A stretch of DNA of 64,000 nt from an uncultured Verrucomicrobiota bacterium (GTDB taxonomy: Bacteria; Verrucomicrobiota; Verrucomicrobiia; Limisphaerales; SIBE01). Shown one piece after another: positions 25,762-35,646 of the stretch. Position numbers and translations under genes: made by a program. The DNA lies in the NCBI GenBank assembly GCA_964578605.1, contig CAZODO010000006.1, positions 9,622-73,621 on the forward strand, read 5' to 3'. The notes under the pieces are model-generated. The model was not told the DNA's origin, did no database searches, and worked only from the letters and a program-made list of their open reading frames with translations. Every line of letters starts with the position of its first letter. Position 1 is the first letter of the stretch.

Positions 25762-27201
25762 ATGCAACTGCAAGGTTTATTCTCTTCGGCCGTTCCGGCC
25801 GGGCCAGCTCCTCGATGCTCCCGGCGAGCGTTTCTCGCCAAGTCAGCGGCCGCCGCCGCGTTTACCGTTGTCCCGGGCCATGTGCTTGGCCAAGGAGGCG
25901 CCGTCCCGCCTAATAGCAGGTTGACCCTGGCAGGGATTGGGCTGGGCGGGCAGGGGATGCAGAATATGCTCGCCTTCCAGGCGATCGCCGGGGTGCAAGT
26001 CGTCGCCGTGTGCGATGTGCACCGCGAAGGTGGCGGCTATCTCTCCTGGAACTGGGCGGAGGGGAAAGAGCGCCAGGTTTGCGGGCGCGAACCGGCCCGG
26101 CGGCTGATCGAAGCCCGCTACGCGAGCGGCGAACGTCCCGGCCAATATCGCGGCTGCACCGCTTATCGGGATTACCGGGAACTCCTCGAGAAGGAAGATG
26201 CCGACGGGGTAATGATTGCCACACCCGACCATTCGCATGCCGTGATCACCATGGCGGCTTTGAAGCGCGGCAAGCATGTTTACTGCGAAAAGCCGCTGAC
26301 ACATTCAGTGTTCGAGGCGCGGCAGGTGACGGAGGCTGCGCGCCGAGCCAAAACCGCCACCCAGCTCGGCAACCAGGGCCAGGCGGAGGAGTCGGCCCGG
26401 GGCGTCCAGGAAATGATCGCCGAGGGCGCCATTGGGCCCGTTCGCGAAGTGCAGGTGTGGTCGGGCGCGCGTTTTTGGAGTTGGCCGACTTGGGACGGCC
26501 GCCCGCCCGATCAGCCGCCGGTTCCGGACGGACTCGATTGGGATCTGTGGCTTGGCCCCGCCCCGGAGCGCCCTTACCACCCCGCCTACCACCCCTGGAC
26601 CTGGCGGAATTGGCTCGATTTCGGCACCGGTCTGCTGGGGGATTTGGGGTGCCACAAGCTGTCTACCGTCTTTAAGGCGCTAAACCTGGGGCACCCAACC
26701 AGCGTTGAAGCCAGCGCCACGAAGCTGAGTTCGGAAACGTTCCCCCTCGGCGAGATCGTCCGGTTTGAATTCCCGGCGCGCGGTGCCATGCCGCCTCTGA
26801 CGCTCAGTTGGTACGATGGCGGCCTGAAGCCGCCCCGGCCCCCTGAACTCGAGTCCGACGACGTGATGCGCGACGTCATTTACATCGGCGACAATGGCAA
26901 GATCATGGGGGACAGATTGATCCCGCAATCGCGGATGGACGCCTACAAGCGCCCGCCCAAGACGCTCCCACGCTCCCCGGGCCATTTGCAGGAGTGGATC
27001 GATGCCTGCCGGGGCGGCAAGCCCGCCGGGTCGAATTTCCCGGACCATTCCGGGTTGTTGACTGAAGTATGCCTGCTGGGCAATGTGGCCGTTCGCGCGC
27101 AAAGGAAGCTCCTTTGGGACGGGCCGAGCATGACCATTACGAATGACAAGGCTGCCAACCGGTTTCTCCGGCGCGAGTGCCGCCCGGGTTGGAGCTTGTA
27201 A
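25762..27201 (+). CDS. Gfo/Idh/MocA-family oxidoreductase with a twin-arginine (Tat) signal
   Basis: SRRAFLAKSAAAAAFTVVPGHVLG is Tat-like. LAGIGLGGQGMQN is a Rossmann motif. KHVYCEKPLTHS is the family EKP motif. Confidence 0.8.
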   Translation: MQLQGLFSSAVPAGPAPRCSRRAFLAKSAAAAAFTVVPGHVLGQGGAVPPNSRLTLAGIGLGGQGMQNMLAFQAIAGVQVVAVCDVHREGGGYLSWNWAEGKERQVCGREPARRLIEARYASGERPGQYRGCTAYRDYRELLEKEDADGVMIATPDHSHAVITMAALKRGKHVYCEKPLTHSVFEARQVTEAARRAKTATQLGNQGQAEESARGVQEMIAEGAIGPVREVQVWSGARFWSWPTWDGRPPDQPPVPDGLDWDLWLGPAPERPYHPAYHPWTWRNWLDFGTGLLGDLGCHKLSTVFKALNLGHPTSVEASATKLSSETFPLGEIVRFEFPARGAMPPLTLSWYDGGLKPPRPPELESDDVMRDVIYIGDNGKIMGDRLIPQSRMDAYKRPPKTLPRSPGHLQEWIDACRGGKPAGSNFPDHSGLLTEVCLLGNVAVRAQRKLLWDGPSMTITNDKAANRFLRRECRPGWSL

Positions 27202-27270
27202 ACTAAGAGGGCAGGCCCCTCGAACGCCCCGCGAACGGCGAACGAACCCCGCGGAACCCGGCGCATACCC

Positions 27271-27298
27271 TTGACAGGGTGGGGTTCGTTGGTATCCT
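27271..27298 (+). promoter_or_regulatory. Candidate sigma70-type promoter for the rpmH operon
   Basis: TTGACA (27271-27276), a 16-nt spacer, then TATCCT (27293-27298), about 94 nt upstream of the rpmH ATG. Confidence 0.4.
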
Positions 27299-27391
27299 CC
27301 CGCCTCCCGTCGAACACGGGATGCACCAAGGACTTTTCGTCATTTGGGCGGGGTGCTTTGGCCAAAGGAATTGTCAACGGATTAGATACAA

Positions 27392-27529
27392 ATGAAACGC
27401 CAGTATCAACCATCGAAAATCAGGCGCAAACGCCAGCACGGGTTCCTCTCTCGGAACTCGTCCAAGAGCGGGCGCGCCATCTTGCGCAATCGCCGGCGTG
27501 TCGGCCGGAAGCGTTTGACTCCCGTGTAG
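27392..27529 (+). CDS. rpmH: 50S ribosomal protein L34 (not in the ORF track, presumably too short to be listed)
   Basis: Hand translation gives [45 protein letters not shown], the canonical L34 pattern (MKRTYQPS..R.R.HGF..R...K.GR.VL..RR.KGRKRL). Confidence 0.95.
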   Translation: MKRQYQPSKIRRKRQHGFLSRNSSKSGRAILRNRRRVGRKRLTPV

Positions 27530-27530
27530 C

Positions 27531-27917
27531 TTGAACGAACCCACCCCAAATCGGGCGCCGCCGCGGCTGGGATTCGGCCGCAAATCGCGGTTGCGGAAGC
27601 CCGGGGAGTTCGCCCGGCTCCGGCAGGAAGGGCGCCGCGCTGCCAAAGGCTGTTTGGCCGCGAACTGGATGCGACTTCCATTAGGCATGCCGCCCAAGCT
27701 GGGTGTCATCACGTCGCGGAAACTCGGAAAAGCCCACGTGCGTTCGCGGGCGCGGCGGTTGCTTCGCGAGAGTTTTCGGCTGCACCAGGGCGAATTCCGT
27801 GAGCCTTTCGCGGTCGTGCTGATCGCGCGGGCGTCTATCAAAGGGCGGAAGCTGGCCGAGGTGGAGCGGGACTTCCTTTCGGTAATGCGGCAGGCGGATC
27901 TGCTGAAACGGCCGTGA
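27531..27917 (+). CDS. rnpA: Ribonuclease P protein component
   Basis: A basic 128-aa protein immediately after rpmH, containing [16 protein letters not shown] and [24 protein letters not shown] (the RNR-like motif). TTG start. Confidence 0.85.
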   Translation: MNEPTPNRAPPRLGFGRKSRLRKPGEFARLRQEGRRAAKGCLAANWMRLPLGMPPKLGVITSRKLGKAHVRSRARRLLRESFRLHQGEFREPFAVVLIARASIKGRKLAEVERDFLSVMRQADLLKRP

Positions 27918-28249
27918 ATCCAGCGCAGTTCATTCTCGTGGGCCTGATCCAGGTTTATCGGTGGGTGCTTTCGCCTGCCAAAGCGGCCCTGTTTGGTCCG
28001 GTCGGGCGGTGCCGTTTCAGCCCGAGCTGTTCGGAGTATGCGCTCGAAGCGGTGCAACGGCATGGCGCAATCTGCGGCGGGTGGCTGGCAATCAAGAGGC
28101 TTGCCCGATGCCATCCTTGGGGCGGCTGCGGGCTGGACCCGGTTCCTGCCGGCCGGGCGGAGGCGGACCAGGGACGATCCTTGCTGATTGGAGGATCTCG
28201 ATGTTTTCCACGAAAAGGCCGGCGGAGCTTGATGGTGCATGGATCGTAA
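27914..28249 (+). CDS. yidD: Membrane protein insertion efficiency factor YidD (with a C-terminal extension)
   Basis: [13 protein letters not shown]....[46 protein letters not shown] is the canonical YidD core. It overlaps rnpA by 4 nt and yidC by 11 nt. Confidence 0.85.
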   Translation: MNPAQFILVGLIQVYRWVLSPAKAALFGPVGRCRFSPSCSEYALEAVQRHGAICGGWLAIKRLARCHPWGGCGLDPVPAGRAEADQGRSLLIGGSRCFPRKGRRSLMVHGS

Positions 28250-30041
28250 ATCCCTAATCTTACTTATCGCTTCGTTCGCCCTGCTGATGCTTTGGTATCC
28301 GCTGACGAACCGGTTCTTTCCCCCCATCCCGCTGCCCCCGGAGAGCACCAATCTTGTGTCGACGAACATCCCTCTGGCGGACACCAATTTGGTCCCGCCG
28401 GAGACGCCCGACCAGCCCGCAGTGCGCCCCGCGCCGCCGGTCGCTGCACCCCGCTGGGCAGCCACCAATGCCGCCGAGCAGACCCTGGTAATCGAAAACA
28501 GCGATGTCCGGTACACGTTTTCCTCCCATGGAGGCGGGTTGAAATTCGTGGAGCTGAAAGCGTACCCCGCCGTCGTGGAATGCCGGAAATCCACCCCCGC
28601 TAGCCAGCGGCTGGCGACACTGAATGCCCCGCCTCCGGTTCTCCCTGTCCTGAGCATTTTGGGCGGCGAATCTGTCCAGGGCGATGGCGTGTTCAACCTC
28701 ACCCGGGCGGGCGAGGGCGTGCGGGCGGAGAAGGCGCTTCCCAACGGTCTTCGTTTAGTCAAGGAATTCCATCCTTCGACGAATTTCTTGCTCCGCGCGG
28801 TGGTGCGCATGGAGAACCATTCGGGTCAGGCGCTGGCGCTTCCGGCTCAGGAATGGGTCGTGGGCACCGCCACTCCTATGGGCCTGCGCGACGAGAGTTA
28901 CATGATGGGCCTGGAGTGGTATGACGGCTCGGATTCGCAGAAGATCGACGCCAGCTGGTTCGCGAATCGGACGCTCGGTTGCATCCCGGGAACGCCCCGA
29001 TCGCAGTTCGTTGGCGGAAGCAGCAATGTGGTGTGGGCCGCCGTTCACAACCAGTTCTTCACGGTCATCACTGTGCCGGGCCAGCCCGCTCCGGCGGTAT
29101 CGGGGCGAAAGATCCAGCTTCCGGGCCCGACCCCTGAGCAATTGTCAGCGGATTCGAAGGCCATTCCCAACCCGGTCGGTTACGAGGCCGCGCTGATCTA
29201 TCCGCCGCTGGTTTTGACGACCAACCAGGTGATCGAGCGCACCTTCGATGTGTATGCCGGGCCGAAGGAGTACAACACGCTTGCCCGCCTGCCGAGGAAT
29301 CAGGATCTGGTGATGGGTTTCGGCGGCTTCTTCGGTTTCTTCGCGAAAGGACTGCTGCTTTCGATGAACGGATTGCACGCCCTCGCGCTGCCTTACGGAA
29401 TCGCCATCATCGTGATCACGGTCATCATCAAGCTATTGTTCTGGCCTTTAACCAACGCGAGCACCCGGTCCATGAAGCGGATGCAGGAGCTGCAGCCGCA
29501 AATGAAGGCCCTCCAGGAGAAGTACAAAGACGACCCGCGCAAGATGAACATGAAGCTCATGGAGTTCATGCGCGAGAACAAGGTCAGTCCGCTGGGCGGG
29601 TGCCTCCCGATGCTGCTGCAAATCCCGGTCTTCTTCGGGTTCTATCGCATGCTCCAGAGCGCCATTGAATTGCGCGGCGCGCAGTTCCTGTGGGCGTGCG
29701 ACCTGTCCCAGCCGGACACCATCTGGATGATTCCCGGCCTGAACTTTCCGCTGAATCCGCTGCCGCTTTTGATGGGTGCGACGATGCTCTGGCAGGCGCG
29801 TCTCACCCCGGCTTCGCCTGGAATGGACCCCGTCCAGCAGAAGCTCATGAAGTACATGCCGCTCATTTTCATGGTCTTCCTTTACAGTTTCTCCGCGGGC
29901 TTAACCCTTTACTGGACAGTGCAAAACCTGCTAACTATTGCGCAGATGAAGCTGACGCGGACCCACGCGCCTTCGAGTCCGACGCCGCAGAGCACCCCCG
30001 GGATCGCAGGGAAACGAGCGACGCCCAAGAAGCGGCGCTAA
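28239..30041 (+). CDS. yidC: Membrane protein insertase YidC
   Basis: 600 aa: an N-terminal transmembrane segment, a large periplasmic domain, and the conserved C-terminal core ([103 protein letters not shown]). Confidence 0.95.
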   Translation: MDRKSLILLIASFALLMLWYPLTNRFFPPIPLPPESTNLVSTNIPLADTNLVPPETPDQPAVRPAPPVAAPRWAATNAAEQTLVIENSDVRYTFSSHGGGLKFVELKAYPAVVECRKSTPASQRLATLNAPPPVLPVLSILGGESVQGDGVFNLTRAGEGVRAEKALPNGLRLVKEFHPSTNFLLRAVVRMENHSGQALALPAQEWVVGTATPMGLRDESYMMGLEWYDGSDSQKIDASWFANRTLGCIPGTPRSQFVGGSSNVVWAAVHNQFFTVITVPGQPAPAVSGRKIQLPGPTPEQLSADSKAIPNPVGYEAALIYPPLVLTTNQVIERTFDVYAGPKEYNTLARLPRNQDLVMGFGGFFGFFAKGLLLSMNGLHALALPYGIAIIVITVIIKLLFWPLTNASTRSMKRMQELQPQMKALQEKYKDDPRKMNMKLMEFMRENKVSPLGGCLPMLLQIPVFFGFYRMLQSAIELRGAQFLWACDLSQPDTIWMIPGLNFPLNPLPLLMGATMLWQARLTPASPGMDPVQQKLMKYMPLIFMVFLYSFSAGLTLYWTVQNLLTIAQMKLTRTHAPSSPTPQSTPGIAGKRATPKKRR

Positions 30042-30065
30042 CCGCGTCGTGCCGCACCGGGCCAA

Positions 30066-30536
30066 ATGATTCATACCAACCAACCTATGCCAGCCCAACC
30101 CAAAGCCATTCTGGAAACGCTGCTCCAGTTCATGGGATTCGAGCCTAATGTCGAGGAACATTCGATGGACGGCGGCTTGTTGCTGGACGTCAAGACCGAC
30201 GATCCCGGGCGTCTGATCGGCCGCCAGGGACAGACCCTCAGCGAGCTTCAATACATCACCAACCGCCTCCTCTTCCGCGAGGACGGCAACGCGCCCAAAG
30301 TCACCGTCGACGTCGGAGGTTACCGTTTCCAGGCCCGCGAAGCCCTGGTCCAAAAAGCCAAGGAAGCCGCGGAAAAAGTCCGGCGCTGGGGCGACATCGT
30401 CGAACTGGAGCCGCTCAACGCCTTCGACCGCCGCATTGTCCACAATGCGCTCAAGGACGATCCGTCCGTTGAAACGCACAGCGTCGAAGTCGACGGCACG
30501 GACAAGAAGGCCATCATTTTGCGCCCGAAACACTGA
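30066..30536 (+). CDS. khpB: Jag/KhpB-type RNA-binding protein (KH plus R3H domains)
   Basis: GRLIGRQGQTLSELQYI is a KH GxxG motif. LEPLNAFDRRIVHNALKD is an R3H motif. The position downstream of yidC is conserved. Confidence 0.8.
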   Translation: MIHTNQPMPAQPKAILETLLQFMGFEPNVEEHSMDGGLLLDVKTDDPGRLIGRQGQTLSELQYITNRLLFREDGNAPKVTVDVGGYRFQAREALVQKAKEAAEKVRRWGDIVELEPLNAFDRRIVHNALKDDPSVETHSVEVDGTDKKAIILRPKH

Positions 30537-30651
30537 TCTGGGTTTCTGGCGCAGCACCTGTCGCCTGGCTCCTCCAGAGGCCGGCAAAGGCATTTGCGAT
30601 CGGTGGTGCGCCGTTCGAAGGATGCGAGGCGACGGTCGTGCGCTGCAACCC

Positions 30652-31935
30652 TCAGCGCCCCCAGGCCGCCGCCGCTTCACGTGCCAAGGGTTCCCCGCAC
30701 GGCAGTGGATCAGGCACGTCCACAAATTCCGAAATAGCCGCAAACAAGCGGCTGAAATCTTTGTTGACGTCGCCTGAAAGGCAATCGGTCACTTCGCCGG
30801 CCATTTCAGGATACTTGTCCGTGAGCGCCCGGAAGCTGAAATCCAGGTCGTAAAAGGCGTAGACGAGCTTCCGCATGTTTTCGATGCCTTCGCGCAACAC
30901 TCGGGCATATTCCGCGAACCGGGCTGGCGAAAGGTTGCCCTCGACCAGGCCCTCGTGCACGGCGTCGCCGGCCAGCACGCCGCTCTTCAGCGCCAGCATG
31001 ACCCCGGAGGAGAAGATCGGGTCCAGGAAACTGAACGCGTCTCCAACGAGCAGCAAGCCGTCCGTGCCGCAATGTCGCGAGTGGAAGGAGTATTCGCCGG
31101 TAAGATGATAGGGGCCGGTCTGCGTGCCCGTGGACAGGTGATCCTTGATCCAGAGGTTTTGGTCCACCTCGCGATGGAAGATCTGCCCCGGATCTTTGAC
31201 GCCGTCGCGCGCCAGGTAGCTGCCTTCGGCAACCACACCGACACTCACCATGTCATTATGCTGGGGGATGTACCAGAACCAGCCTTTCTCAGGCACATAC
31301 GCCACGGTGGTGGCCCCGGCGTCAATCCCGCGATCGCGTTTGGCGCCCCGGTAATAGGTCCAGACCGCCACTTTGCGGAGCTTGGGGTCGGGCAACCGCC
31401 AATGGTGCCGGACTGCGGAGAAGGCCTCGCGACCCGAGGCATCGATCGTGATGGGCGCCCTGACTTCAAATGGCGTGCCGCCTTTGGATTGGGCGCGGAC
31501 GCCGACAACGCGGCCGTTCTCTTTTACCAGTTCCGTGACGGACGTTTCCTCCCGCACCTCGACTCCTTTGGCCCGTGCGTTGTTCAGGAGGATCAGGTCG
31601 AACTCGGACCTTAGCACCTGCCAGGTCTGTGCCACTTCCGGGCTGTACCGGGCCGAGAAATAGAAGGGCTGCGAAGCTTTGCCGGAGCGGGACACGAATT
31701 GGGCGCTGTACTTCTTCACGAAGGAAGAGCGCCGCATGGTTTCGATCAAGCCCAGGCGTTGCAGCGGGTAAAAAGTGAATGGCAAGAGTGACTCGCCAAT
31801 ATGGTACCTGGGAAATCTTTCACGCTCCAACAGCAGCACGCGATGGCCATGTTGAGCAAGGATGGCTGCCGAAGCCGACCCAGCCGGGCCGCCGCCGATC
31901 ACGATGGCTTCGTGTTCCTGGTGCGTTTCAATCAT
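30652..31935 (-). CDS. FAD-dependent oxidoreductase carrying flavin-dependent halogenase signatures
   Basis: AIVIGGGPAGSASA is GxGxxG. GESLLP is present. GWFWYIP matches WxWxIP. FLDPIFSSG matches FxxPxxSxG. A Lys-rich FVKKYSAQF follows the GES motif. I chose the start at ATG 31935 (MIETHQEHE), overlapping the upstream stop by 8 nt. Confidence 0.7.
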   Translation of the reverse strand: MIETHQEHEAIVIGGGPAGSASAAILAQHGHRVLLLERERFPRYHIGESLLPFTFYPLQRLGLIETMRRSSFVKKYSAQFVSRSGKASQPFYFSARYSPEVAQTWQVLRSEFDLILLNNARAKGVEVREETSVTELVKENGRVVGVRAQSKGGTPFEVRAPITIDASGREAFSAVRHHWRLPDPKLRKVAVWTYYRGAKRDRGIDAGATTVAYVPEKGWFWYIPQHNDMVSVGVVAEGSYLARDGVKDPGQIFHREVDQNLWIKDHLSTGTQTGPYHLTGEYSFHSRHCGTDGLLLVGDAFSFLDPIFSSGVMLALKSGVLAGDAVHEGLVEGNLSPARFAEYARVLREGIENMRKLVYAFYDLDFSFRALTDKYPEMAGEVTDCLSGDVNKDFSRLFAAISEFVDVPDPLPCGEPLAREAAAAWGR

Positions 31936-32608
31936 GATTCTCCTTGGTCTTGGGATAGTATCCCGCGGGCGGTTCCGCCAACGGCGGCAGGATTTCCACC
32001 ACTTCGGCCAGGGGACGCGACGCGGCATTCGAGAGCGTGTTGCGGCGTCCGTAAAGCACTCGAGGACCGGCCAATTGCAGAACCTCCATGATCAGGGGGT
32101 CGGCTGTGACACGGAAGAACGCCTTGGGCCGGCTGGAATGCGAAATGGAATGATCCGCCAGCAGGTGCCCCAAAGGAATGCGCTCATCCAGAATGAACCG
32201 GCGCATGAGCGGGCTGAAAAGAGCCAGGTTGATCCGAATGGCGCCAAATTCGACCGGTTGCTCCGTGCCCTCCGCGAGCAGCAAAACTTCGCGGAAGTAA
32301 AAGTCATCCCGTCGCGCCCGACTGAGCACGCGCAAGTGAATGAGCTTGGCGTGATACGCCGAAAGCGTCGGCGTCATGTCGTTGTTGTGCACGAGCAGGC
32401 CGCGGCAAGGTTCAGGGATGTCGGCACCGTCGACTTGCTCAACGGCAGGCATCGCACGCCCCGATCGGAAGTAAAACTCGTCCAGCGGAAACGCCACCGG
32501 GAGCCTCTTAGGGCTATCCAACATTGTCGGCCGGGCGAGAGTCGCGCCGTCCGCGTCCGTGGTGTGCCAGCCTTCTTGCCAGGCAGCAGCGCGAGTCCGG
32601 TCAGGCAT
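31928..32608 (-). CDS. Chorismate-lyase-like (UbiC/DUF98 fold) protein
   Basis: LLVHNNDMTPTLSAYHAKLIHLRVLSRA..FYFREVLLLAEGTEQPVEFGAIRINL...IPLGHLL...VLYGRRNTL..RPLAEVVEILPP follows the pattern I know for DUF98/chorismate pyruvate-lyase-like proteins (SMT..LE, R.V.L, P.G..L, Y.R, E.F). Confidence 0.6.
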   Translation of the reverse strand: MPDRTRAAAWQEGWHTTDADGATLARPTMLDSPKRLPVAFPLDEFYFRSGRAMPAVEQVDGADIPEPCRGLLVHNNDMTPTLSAYHAKLIHLRVLSRARRDDFYFREVLLLAEGTEQPVEFGAIRINLALFSPLMRRFILDERIPLGHLLADHSISHSSRPKAFFRVTADPLIMEVLQLAGPRVLYGRRNTLSNAASRPLAEVVEILPPLAEPPAGYYPKTKENHD

Positions 32609-33956
32609 AGCGCACGTTCCGGTGTTGAGGCAGGAAGAACTCGTGCAGCAACCGATCCACTTGCAGCAAGCCTTCGCGGCTGAGTTGGATTTGGTCGCCT
32701 TCGACCGTCAAATATCCCCAGCTCCCGAGTGTGCGGAGCGGTTCGGCGAATCGTTCGAAGACATCCACCCCGAACTTCTCGAGGAAGCAGGCGCGGTGGG
32801 TCCGGCCGAGTTTCATTTGGAGAATGAATTCCCGGATCAAACGCTCATCCTGCGTGGGCGTGAGCGCCCGGTAAACGGGCAGCCCCCCAGCCGTCAGGGC
32901 GTTCATGTAAGGCTCGAACTCGTGCTGGTTCTGGTAGTGGGTGCCGCCAATATGCCCGAAAGACGCCACGCCCAGCCCGAGCAGGTCCGCGCCCTGCCAG
33001 AGCCGATCCCGGTAAACAAAACGCGTCCGGGACTTGTCTTTGACCACGGTGTAGGCGCTGGCGACTTCGTATCCGGCCCGTTCCAGCTCAGCGAAGGCTT
33101 CTGACACCCAGCGCCGCTTGACCTCCCAATCCGCCACCGGAGCCACCAGCTTGCCCTCGGCCTTCATTTCCCTGTAAATCGTGGTGTTGAATGGAATCTC
33201 CATCTGGTAGATCGTCACGCTGTCCGGCTGCAGCGCGATCGTCTTGCGGATGCACTCCCGCCAGTTCGCATCCGTCTCTTCAACCATGCCGGCGATCAGA
33301 TCGATATTCACTTGCGGGAACCCCAGCTCGCGCGCGAACGCGTAAGCGCGCTCAATCTCCCGGCTGTGATGTGCCCGGCCGTTGATCTCGAGGATGCGAT
33401 CGTCGAAATTCTCCACCCCCAGGCTCAGGCGCGTCACGCCCATCTCGCGGAGGGCGCGGAGTTTGTGATCCGTCAGCGTGCCAGGCTCGCACTCGAACGT
33501 GACTTCCTCGACGTCGTCCCAGGGCAGGAGCCGCTTCATCCCGTCAGTCAGGTGGCGCAATTGGTCCACGGAAAGATAGGAGGGCGTGCCGCCGCCGAAA
33601 TAAACAAAACTCGGTTTCCGCCCGCCAATGAACGCCTTTTCTGAATAGAGGCGGAGCTCGCGCAGGGCCCCTTCGATATACCCCTTGATCGCGGTCGAAT
33701 CCTTGTCTGTGTAAACCTTGAAATAGCAGAAATGGCAGCGCTTTCTGCAGAACGGGATATGCAAGTAAACCCCGAGCGCCGTCCCCGCCCTGGGCGGACG
33801 CGAGATCGCCGCGTGCAGTTCGGCTACCCTTTCCGGCCGCCAAAACGAATAGGGCGGGTAGTTGGAAACGAAGTAATTGCCCGCCGTCGTCTCCCTTGGC
33901 GCGGGCCGAGCCGCTGATCTTGCGGCGGGCCGCTCAAGGGTTGGGGTTGTGCTCAT
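32601..33956 (-). CDS. HemN-like radical SAM protein (oxygen-independent coproporphyrinogen oxidase family; this family also includes class C methyltransferases)
   Basis: YLHIPFCRKRCHFCYF contains the CxxxCxxC cluster motif. FVYFGGGTPS and a HemN_C-like C-terminal region are present. Confidence 0.8.
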   Translation of the reverse strand: MSTTPTLERPAARSAARPAPRETTAGNYFVSNYPPYSFWRPERVAELHAAISRPPRAGTALGVYLHIPFCRKRCHFCYFKVYTDKDSTAIKGYIEGALRELRLYSEKAFIGGRKPSFVYFGGGTPSYLSVDQLRHLTDGMKRLLPWDDVEEVTFECEPGTLTDHKLRALREMGVTRLSLGVENFDDRILEINGRAHHSREIERAYAFARELGFPQVNIDLIAGMVEETDANWRECIRKTIALQPDSVTIYQMEIPFNTTIYREMKAEGKLVAPVADWEVKRRWVSEAFAELERAGYEVASAYTVVKDKSRTRFVYRDRLWQGADLLGLGVASFGHIGGTHYQNQHEFEPYMNALTAGGLPVYRALTPTQDERLIREFILQMKLGRTHRACFLEKFGVDVFERFAEPLRTLGSWGYLTVEGDQIQLSREGLLQVDRLLHEFFLPQHRNVRYA

Positions 33957-33974
33957 GGGGAATCGAAATGCTCC

Positions 33975-35207
33975 TCAGGGTTTGGCGCCGAAGGCGTAGA
34001 CCACGCCGTCTTCGGCTCCGATAAAAATCCGTCCGTCAACGACCGCGGGCGACGCGGTCACCGCTTTGCCGATATCGTAGCTCCAGACTTCGCGGCCGTC
34101 CGCCAGCCTCACTACGTAAAGGCGCCCGTCATCCGACCCCGCCACGACTCTGTCACCGCAGACGACGGGCGAGCTGTCCACTTTGCCGCGTGCGACAAAG
34201 GCCCAAACCTCTTTTCCATCCGATTTCTGCAGGCAATGCAGGCGCTTGTCACGGCCGCCCACCAGGACACGATCCGCCGTCACGGCCGCGGATGAGAAGT
34301 AAGGGAAAGCGCGGTCCTTGAACCGCCACGCCACGCTTCCTGCCTCCAGATCGACACAGAGAAACTCGTTCTGGTAATGGCCGAAATACGCCCGGCCGTC
34401 GACCGCCGCCACCGAAGCGGCGATATAAGCGCCGGCGTCGATCTCCTGCACTTTCTGGCCATCGGCAAGCGAGATCACATGGACCAGGGCGTCGCATCCG
34501 CCAAAGATGGTCTTGCCATCCACCACCGCGGGGGCGCCATTGATGTAATTGCCGGTTTCATACGTCCAGTTGGTCTTCCCGGTCTGGGAATCGACGCAGT
34601 GCAGCTTGAAATCGTAGCTCCCCACAACGATCCACGGCGCGGCGGCAGCCGGCGGCTTGAACCAGTTTGGCGCGCTCAGGATCTTGTCGCCGGTCTCGTA
34701 CTTCCACACGAGCTTGCCATTGGAAGCCTGAAGAGCGTAAAGGTGCGCGTCCGTGGAGCCGAAATAGACCTTCCCGTCCAGCACCAACGGCGACGATTCA
34801 ATCTCTCCACCCGTCTTGAATGCCCACAACTTTTTGCCTGTGGCAGCATCGATCGCGTAGAGATTCCCGTCGTCGGAGCCCACATAAACCCGGCCGCCTG
34901 AAATCGCCGCTGACGACTTCACGGGCCCCTCCGTCTTGAAGGTCCACAGCAGCCCGAGCCGATCCGGCAATTGTCCCGAGGCCACCCCGAGCAAGCCCGG
35001 CCCGCCCCGGAACATCGGCCACTCCGCGCCGGCTGGCGTTGGGTGGGCGGCTTCGGTCAGCGCGCTAGAGGTGAGGAGAGCCATGGCAAGTGCATCGGTG
35101 AAGACCTTCGGCCATAGGGTGCCGCTTCCAGCATTCAAGGCCCGGACCTCGGAGCCGGTCCGCGTGTACAGCCGCAAAGGTTCTTTTGTTGCACTTCGTT
35201 TCATCAA
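33975..35207 (-). CDS. Secreted PQQ-like (BamB-like) beta-propeller repeat protein
   Basis: Repeated GGRVYVGSDDGNLYAIDAATGKKLWAFKTGG, DGKVYFGSTDAHLYALQASNGKLVWKYETG and GDRVVAGSDDGRLYVVRLADGREVWSY. It ends 18 nt upstream of the HemN-like gene. Confidence 0.8.
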   Translation of the reverse strand: MMKRSATKEPLRLYTRTGSEVRALNAGSGTLWPKVFTDALAMALLTSSALTEAAHPTPAGAEWPMFRGGPGLLGVASGQLPDRLGLLWTFKTEGPVKSSAAISGGRVYVGSDDGNLYAIDAATGKKLWAFKTGGEIESSPLVLDGKVYFGSTDAHLYALQASNGKLVWKYETGDKILSAPNWFKPPAAAAPWIVVGSYDFKLHCVDSQTGKTNWTYETGNYINGAPAVVDGKTIFGGCDALVHVISLADGQKVQEIDAGAYIAASVAAVDGRAYFGHYQNEFLCVDLEAGSVAWRFKDRAFPYFSSAAVTADRVLVGGRDKRLHCLQKSDGKEVWAFVARGKVDSSPVVCGDRVVAGSDDGRLYVVRLADGREVWSYDIGKAVTASPAVVDGRIFIGAEDGVVYAFGAKP

Positions 35208-35350
35208 GCCAGGAACTGGTCCACCCCGAACTTAATCAAGCCCTTTCTGCCGGGGCACTATTCCCCAGGCCGGTGCCTTTCGCAACCGAGTTAGCGAAAA
35301 CGACCGCAAGTCTCATTTTAGGCAGGGCGCACCGCAGCTAGTCGTCGTCG

Positions 35351-35438
35351 TGCTCATACGCACCTCATTCGAAACTCCTTCGGAACTCGTGCGGCTTTCC
35401 TTCGGCTTTCGTTCGGGACTCATGCGTTGATCTTACGG
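35351..35438 (+). repeat. Degenerate short-period (11-12 bp) repeat block related to the 8671-8796 element
   Basis: gAAACTCcttcgg AACTCgtgcgg ctttccttcgg ctttcgttcggg actcatgcg ttGATCTTACGG. It shares AAACTC, periodic ..CGG ends and GATCT(T)ACGG with the 8701-8796 locus. Confidence 0.5.
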
Positions 35439-35597
35439 TTTTTGACGCAGCAATGCCGCTTTAATACCGGATAGGTAACGAACAAATTACAAAAGGGCAT
35501 CGGACCGTTCTGCGGGCCCTTTCTGGTCTTGCAGGTGCGCGCCAAGGGCGCTGGCAGCCGTCAGCCCAGAGCAAAGCGGACGCCTAACAAAAAGCAC

Positions 35598-35630
35598 TTG
35601 ACAGTTTTCTGTATGGGTGTAATCATACAG
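35598..35630 (+). promoter_or_regulatory. Candidate sigma70 promoter with an overlapping palindromic operator upstream of the GntR gene
   Basis: TTGACA (35598-35603), a 16-nt spacer, then TAATCA (35620-25). The inverted repeat CTGTATG (35609-15) / CATACAG (35624-30) spans the spacer and the -10 element. The ATG lies 17 nt downstream. Confidence 0.5.
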
Positions 35631-35646
35631 TCAAACGAAGACGCCT

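Noticed and set aside
27202-27391. Possible replication origin or dnaA locus next to rpmH-rnpA-yidD-yidC-jag.
   Set aside because: In many bacteria this cluster neighbours dnaA and oriC. Here the upstream gene is a co-directional Gfo/Idh/MocA oxidoreductase, and I found no TTATCCACA-type DnaA boxes or AT-rich unwinding element in the 190-bp spacer.
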